DNA of 64,000 nucleotides from a virus: IMG/VR virus record IMGVR_UViG_3300034651_000084, one strand, 5' to 3'. The translations under genes and the position numbers were made by a program. Below the pieces are notes generated by a model. It saw only the letters and a program-made list of their open reading frames with translations. It ran no database searches and was not told the DNA's origin. Below are positions 60,101 through 64,000 of the stretch, one piece after another (position 1 is the stretch's first letter; each line of letters begins with the position of its first letter).

Positions 60101-61939
60101 ATGAGTTTTAATAAGTTTAATAAAGTAGAAATCATTTTAAGGGACGCAAATGAACCGATTTTAAGAAAGCTCTTTGCCAAAGAAGGTGACTACAATGGCC
60201 GTGAATTGCAAGTAAAAATTATTGATGGGGGTGCAGTAAAAGATTTAAGTAACTTATCTTTGCGGCTGTATTGGAAACACCTAAATATGAAAAATCAAGG
60301 GATTGAACCGTTTGATGCGACTGATGCAAGCAAAGGCGTTTTTGAAGTAACATACCCTAATAATATGATGAATGAGGGGAATGTGCTTGTTTGGATACAA
60401 ATATATAACAACGACACATTGATAGGGACTCCTAATACAATCATTGAAGTCGAGGGGTCTGGATTTGATGCAGTAGCCGCTGTAGCGAGCGATGATTATA
60501 AAGCATTGAACGATGCCTTATTGCGAGTAGAACACATTGAAGGCAATGAACAAGACCGTCAAGAAACCTTTGAAACGAATGAAACATCCAGAGAAAATAC
60601 GTTCGAAAGTAACGAGGACACACGCCAAAGTAATGAAAATACCCGCATCAGTAACGAAAACACTCGCAAATCAAATGAGATTGATCGTGAACAAGCCGAG
60701 AGCCAACGGCAATCTGATTACCAACAAGCAGAATCGGACAGAACCAGTGATTATGAACAAGCTGAAAACAATCGAGATAGTCAGTATCAAACAGCAGAAA
60801 ATGCACGAGAATCTGAATTTGAACAACGCGCGAACGCTATGGAAGAACAATATCCGGAACGCTTAAATAACATTGAAGAAGAATTAAGAGCGCCAATCAT
60901 GGGTGTCGAATGGGACAAATCATCCAATCCGACCATGACACGCATAGGAATTTCTGAGGGGTTAATCGCGAATATTGGCATTGGCAATGAAAGAGTACGC
61001 AATGATTTTGATAACATGCCAATTTATCGAGAAATTATTCGAGAAGTCGACAACTTGGGAAATGTGTTTGTGCGTATACCGAAGTTTTACATTAGAAAAA
61101 CAATTGCATCAGATTTTTACCGTTTAGAAATCTCAAAAGAGAAACTAAGCGGTTTTTATTTGCCTTATTTGTTTTGGGATTTTGATAAAAACCAAGAACT
61201 AAATTATGCATATTATGGAGCACACGAAGCGAGTTTATCGTCAGATGGTCAGCGATTAGAATCAAAACCAGGCGTACAACCGCTAGCTAGTAACAACATT
61301 GTCCAGTTTAGAGATTTTGCAAGAGCAAATGGTAAGGGTTATCAACAAAATGATGTGCACGCTATTGATGTTTTACGAGCGCTTTTTCATGTTGAGTTCG
61401 CAACATTGCATTCACAATCGATTCATCCAGGATTTACTTCTGGAAATAGCGAGCCCGGCATTGCTGGAACAACAGATGACGTCGTTGCCTCAAGCGGTGC
61501 GGTGGGTACTGGTGGAAGCGACCCGTTTATGTACCGCGGAATTGAAAATCCTTGGGGGTCTGTTTATGAATGGGTTGACGGAATTAACGTTAACAACCAT
61601 CAAGCTTGGGTGGCTAAAAACGCAGAAGATTATACAAGTAATGTTTTTACATCGCCTTACGAACAACTAGGCTACGTAAATCACAATTCAAACACATGGG
61701 TTACTGAAATGGGATACGACGACACGTTGCCATTTGCCGAATTCCCGGTGGCTGGCGGCGGTAGTACTAATACTTATTACGCAGACCACTACTATCAAAA
61801 CTCGGGGCAGCGTGTTGCTCGGTTCGGTGGTTACTGGTCGACTGGCTCGGCTGCTGGCCTTTCGTTATGGAACCTGTCCGCTGGCTCGGCGCGTGCGAAC
61901 TCGTACGTCGGCGGGCGGCTTCTTAAAAAGCCTCTTTGA
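60101..61939 (+). CDS. Receptor-binding DGR target protein (copy 2)
   Basis: Identical to 22194-24032, VR included. Confidence 0.9.
   Translation: MSFNKFNKVEIILRDANEPILRKLFAKEGDYNGRELQVKIIDGGAVKDLSNLSLRLYWKHLNMKNQGIEPFDATDASKGVFEVTYPNNMMNEGNVLVWIQIYNNDTLIGTPNTIIEVEGSGFDAVAAVASDDYKALNDALLRVEHIEGNEQDRQETFETNETSRENTFESNEDTRQSNENTRISNENTRKSNEIDREQAESQRQSDYQQAESDRTSDYEQAENNRDSQYQTAENARESEFEQRANAMEEQYPERLNNIEEELRAPIMGVEWDKSSNPTMTRIGISEGLIANIGIGNERVRNDFDNMPIYREIIREVDNLGNVFVRIPKFYIRKTIASDFYRLEISKEKLSGFYLPYLFWDFDKNQELNYAYYGAHEASLSSDGQRLESKPGVQPLASNNIVQFRDFARANGKGYQQNDVHAIDVLRALFHVEFATLHSQSIHPGFTSGNSEPGIAGTTDDVVASSGAVGTGGSDPFMYRGIENPWGSVYEWVDGINVNNHQAWVAKNAEDYTSNVFTSPYEQLGYVNHNSNTWVTEMGYDDTLPFAEFPVAGGGSTNTYYADHYYQNSGQRVARFGGYWSTGSAAGLSLWNLSAGSARANSYVGGRLLKKPL
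61815..61918 (+). repeat. DGR VR (copy 2)
   Basis: Same allele as 23908-24011. Confidence 0.97.
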
Positions 61940-62019
61940 GGGGGTTTTAGGGGGACACATCCCCCTAATAGAACTTAAACAAAAAACAACTTTCAAAAAT
62001 AGGGCTATGGAGTGCGCGC

Positions 62020-62123
62020 TTGCTCAGTTCGGTGGTAACTGGTCGAATGGCTCGAATGCTGGCCTTTCGTTATGGAACCTGAACAATGGCTCGACGAATG
62101 CGAACTCGAACATCGGCAGGCAG
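62020..62123 (+). repeat. DGR TR (copy 2)
   Basis: Identical to 24113-24216. Confidence 0.97.
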
Positions 62124-62272
62124 ACTCTTATTAATAGCATAATTTTATATTTATATTGCACTCTATAATCCTTACCCCTTGGTAAAAATTAGACCGTAAA
62201 GAGCAAGGTGTAGTAGGTTAACTCTCGAACCACCTTGAGGTTAATAAGAAAATTCAGAAAGACTGTGAGTAA

Positions 62273-63364
62273 ATGAAACGCATTGGTTATATTTATGAAA
62301 ATATTTATGACATAGACAATATTAAAGAAGCGATTTACAAAGCATCTGAAGAAAAGCGAGAACATGAACACGTTAAGCAAGTGTTAAGCAACATTGAGCA
62401 TTACGCATATCGAGTTCACTTGCTAATCAAGAACAAAGAATATGTTCCAACGAAGCCAAAAATAAAAACAATCCAAGATACTTCAAATGGAAAGGTTCGT
62501 GTTATTTATCAACCAAATTTTTTCCCAGATCAAATTATCCATTGGTCGTTAATGTTACAAATCCAACCAATTATTATGCGTGGTATGTACGCTTATAGTT
62601 GTGGAAGTGTTCCGAATCGTGGAACAACATACGCACAAGATACTATTCGCAAGTGGTTAGACAATGATATTAGAAACACAAAATACTGCTTAAAAATGGA
62701 TATTAAGAAGTTTTATCCGTCAATTTCAAACGAACTTTTGAAAAGGATGTTTGAGCGCAAGATAAAAGATAAAGATTGTCTTTGGCTAATCAATACTATT
62801 ATTGACCACAATGATGGTCAACCGATTGGATTTTATACAAGCCAGTGGTTTGCGAATTTCTTTTTAGAAGGAATGGACCATTATATAAAAGAGAAACTAG
62901 GTGTTAAGTATTATGTTCGATATGTGGACGATTTGGTGTTGTTTGGCAGCAATAAACGGAAATTGCACCGCGTAAGAAAAGAAGTAGATCGTTATACAAA
63001 AGGTATTGAATTGAAAATAAAAGATAACTGGCAAGTCTTTCGGGTGGATAAAAGAGATCTAGACTTTTTGGGTGTGCGCTTTTATCGCAACAAAACAACC
63101 CTCAGAAGTCGAAACGCTTTGCGAATTCGTAGGCGTGTCAAAAAGATTAAAAAGAAAGGCTACTTGAATGATAAAGATGCTGCGGCAATCTTGTCATATT
63201 GGGGGTGGATTAAGCGCACAGATAGTTATAGCTTTTACCATAAATACGTGAAGCCGGTAGTACCTATTCATTTAGCCAGAAAGGTTGTGAGTATAAATGC
63301 CAAAATTCGGAATTATAACCGATGGAATCTTGAACACAAAAGAAAATATGTCGCCCGGCTATAA
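62273..63364 (+). CDS. DGR reverse transcriptase (copy 2)
   Basis: Identical to 24366-25457. Confidence 0.97.
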   Translation: MKRIGYIYENIYDIDNIKEAIYKASEEKREHEHVKQVLSNIEHYAYRVHLLIKNKEYVPTKPKIKTIQDTSNGKVRVIYQPNFFPDQIIHWSLMLQIQPIIMRGMYAYSCGSVPNRGTTYAQDTIRKWLDNDIRNTKYCLKMDIKKFYPSISNELLKRMFERKIKDKDCLWLINTIIDHNDGQPIGFYTSQWFANFFLEGMDHYIKEKLGVKYYVRYVDDLVLFGSNKRKLHRVRKEVDRYTKGIELKIKDNWQVFRVDKRDLDFLGVRFYRNKTTLRSRNALRIRRRVKKIKKKGYLNDKDAAAILSYWGWIKRTDSYSFYHKYVKPVVPIHLARKVVSINAKIRNYNRWNLEHKRKYVARL

Positions 63365-63542
63365 ACCATTACATTATGAAGAAATACCCAAAGATTTTGA
63401 CCAACAAACGCACTATATTGTAGAAAAAGACCCAGTCGACAAGCAAGACCACATTTTTATAGCCATCGATATCAAGGAGCTAGAAATAGATGATGAAGAA
63501 AACTTTGAATACTGGGAAGAGGGTCACGTTGGAAATCATTAG
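63297..63542 (+). CDS. Small acidic phage protein (copy 2)
   Basis: Identical to 25390-25635. Confidence 0.7.
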   Translation: MPKFGIITDGILNTKENMSPGYKPLHYEEIPKDFDQQTHYIVEKDPVDKQDHIFIAIDIKELEIDDEENFEYWEEGHVGNH

Positions 63543-63691
63543 CGAATTATTTATAACCATTGATAAGCAGAACGAACTGATTAAAGAATTAACAGAAAAA
63601 GTGATTGAGCAAGATCAAATTATTGAGCAAATGTTTGACGAAAAAGCTGCAGAGTAATCGGCTTTGCTGAAAATTTAGAAAGGAGTGAGCG

Positions 63692-64000
63692 ATGATTGGT
63701 GAAATATTAGCAAACATGGCTTCGTGGATTACGTCATTAACAGTTATAGGTGGTGCGCTAGTTTGGATTGTAAATGTAGTAATTGTAAAGCCAGCAGAAA
63801 AGAGAATAAATAAATTTGAGCAAAATTTGCTAAAAAAACAAGAATTAAATCAAAAACCGCTAACTGAAGCCATCGACAAATTAAACGAGCTTTTAGATGA
63901 ATCCCAACGCGACAGAAAACTGTTACATGAAATTGCGGACGAAAATGTTAAAGCCATCGACATACATGAAGAACAATTCGAAGACCACGAAATCCGCATA
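63692..64000 (+). CDS. Lysis-cassette TM/coiled-coil protein (copy 2, truncated by window end)
   Basis: Identical to 25785-26093. Confidence 0.65.
   Translation, partial: MIGEILANMASWITSLTVIGGALVWIVNVVIVKPAEKRINKFEQNLLKKQELNQKPLTEAIDKLNELLDESQRDRKLLHEIADENVKAIDIHEEQFEDHEIRI

Larger units (their letters stand above)
60101..63364 (+). mobile_element. Diversity-generating retroelement (copy 2)
   Basis: VR 61815-61918, hairpin 61947-61968, TR 62020-62123, RT 62273-63364. Confidence 0.97.
37908..64000 (+). repeat. Second, partial tandem copy of the phage genome (equals 1-26093)
   Basis: Every ORF recurs at an offset of exactly +37,907 with identical translation; the window ends in gaaatccgcata, as at 26093. 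Confidence 0.98.

Noticed and set aside
60101-63364. Second DGR as an independent, differently diversified element
   Set aside because: It is part of the whole-genome repeat and carries the same VR allele.

Overview
The whole window is phage DNA with no host chromosome. It holds 1.69 head-to-tail copies of a 37,907-bp temperate siphovirus genome from an AT-rich Firmicutes (Bacilli-like) host; positions 1-26093 recur, apparently identically, at 37908-64000. Gene order is replication (rep with internal ori, RusA-like, ArpU-like activator), tRNA-Asn, packaging/head (TerS, TerL, SPP1-type portal, MuF, scaffold, capsid), tail, receptor-binding protein, lysis, attP/integrase, CI-Cro switch and a Rad50-like/RecT/MBL recombination module. 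The main system is a compact diversity-generating retroelement (DGR). A 104-nt VR at the 3' end of the receptor-binding gene differs from a downstream TR at 16 positions, every one a TR adenine. It is accompanied by an IMH, a 9-bp DNA hairpin, a 15-bp RNA stem clamping the TR and a YVDD reverse transcriptase, but no recognisable Avd accessory gene. Other notable signals are a -1 frameshift site with an H-type pseudoknot that would add an unannotated 49-aa extension to the major capsid protein, a MuF protein with a C-terminal HExxH domain followed by a candidate immunity peptide, an intact attP with integrase arm repeats, four GTTGC-N6-GCAAC operators, and a DUF1642-like gene split by a +1 frameshift.
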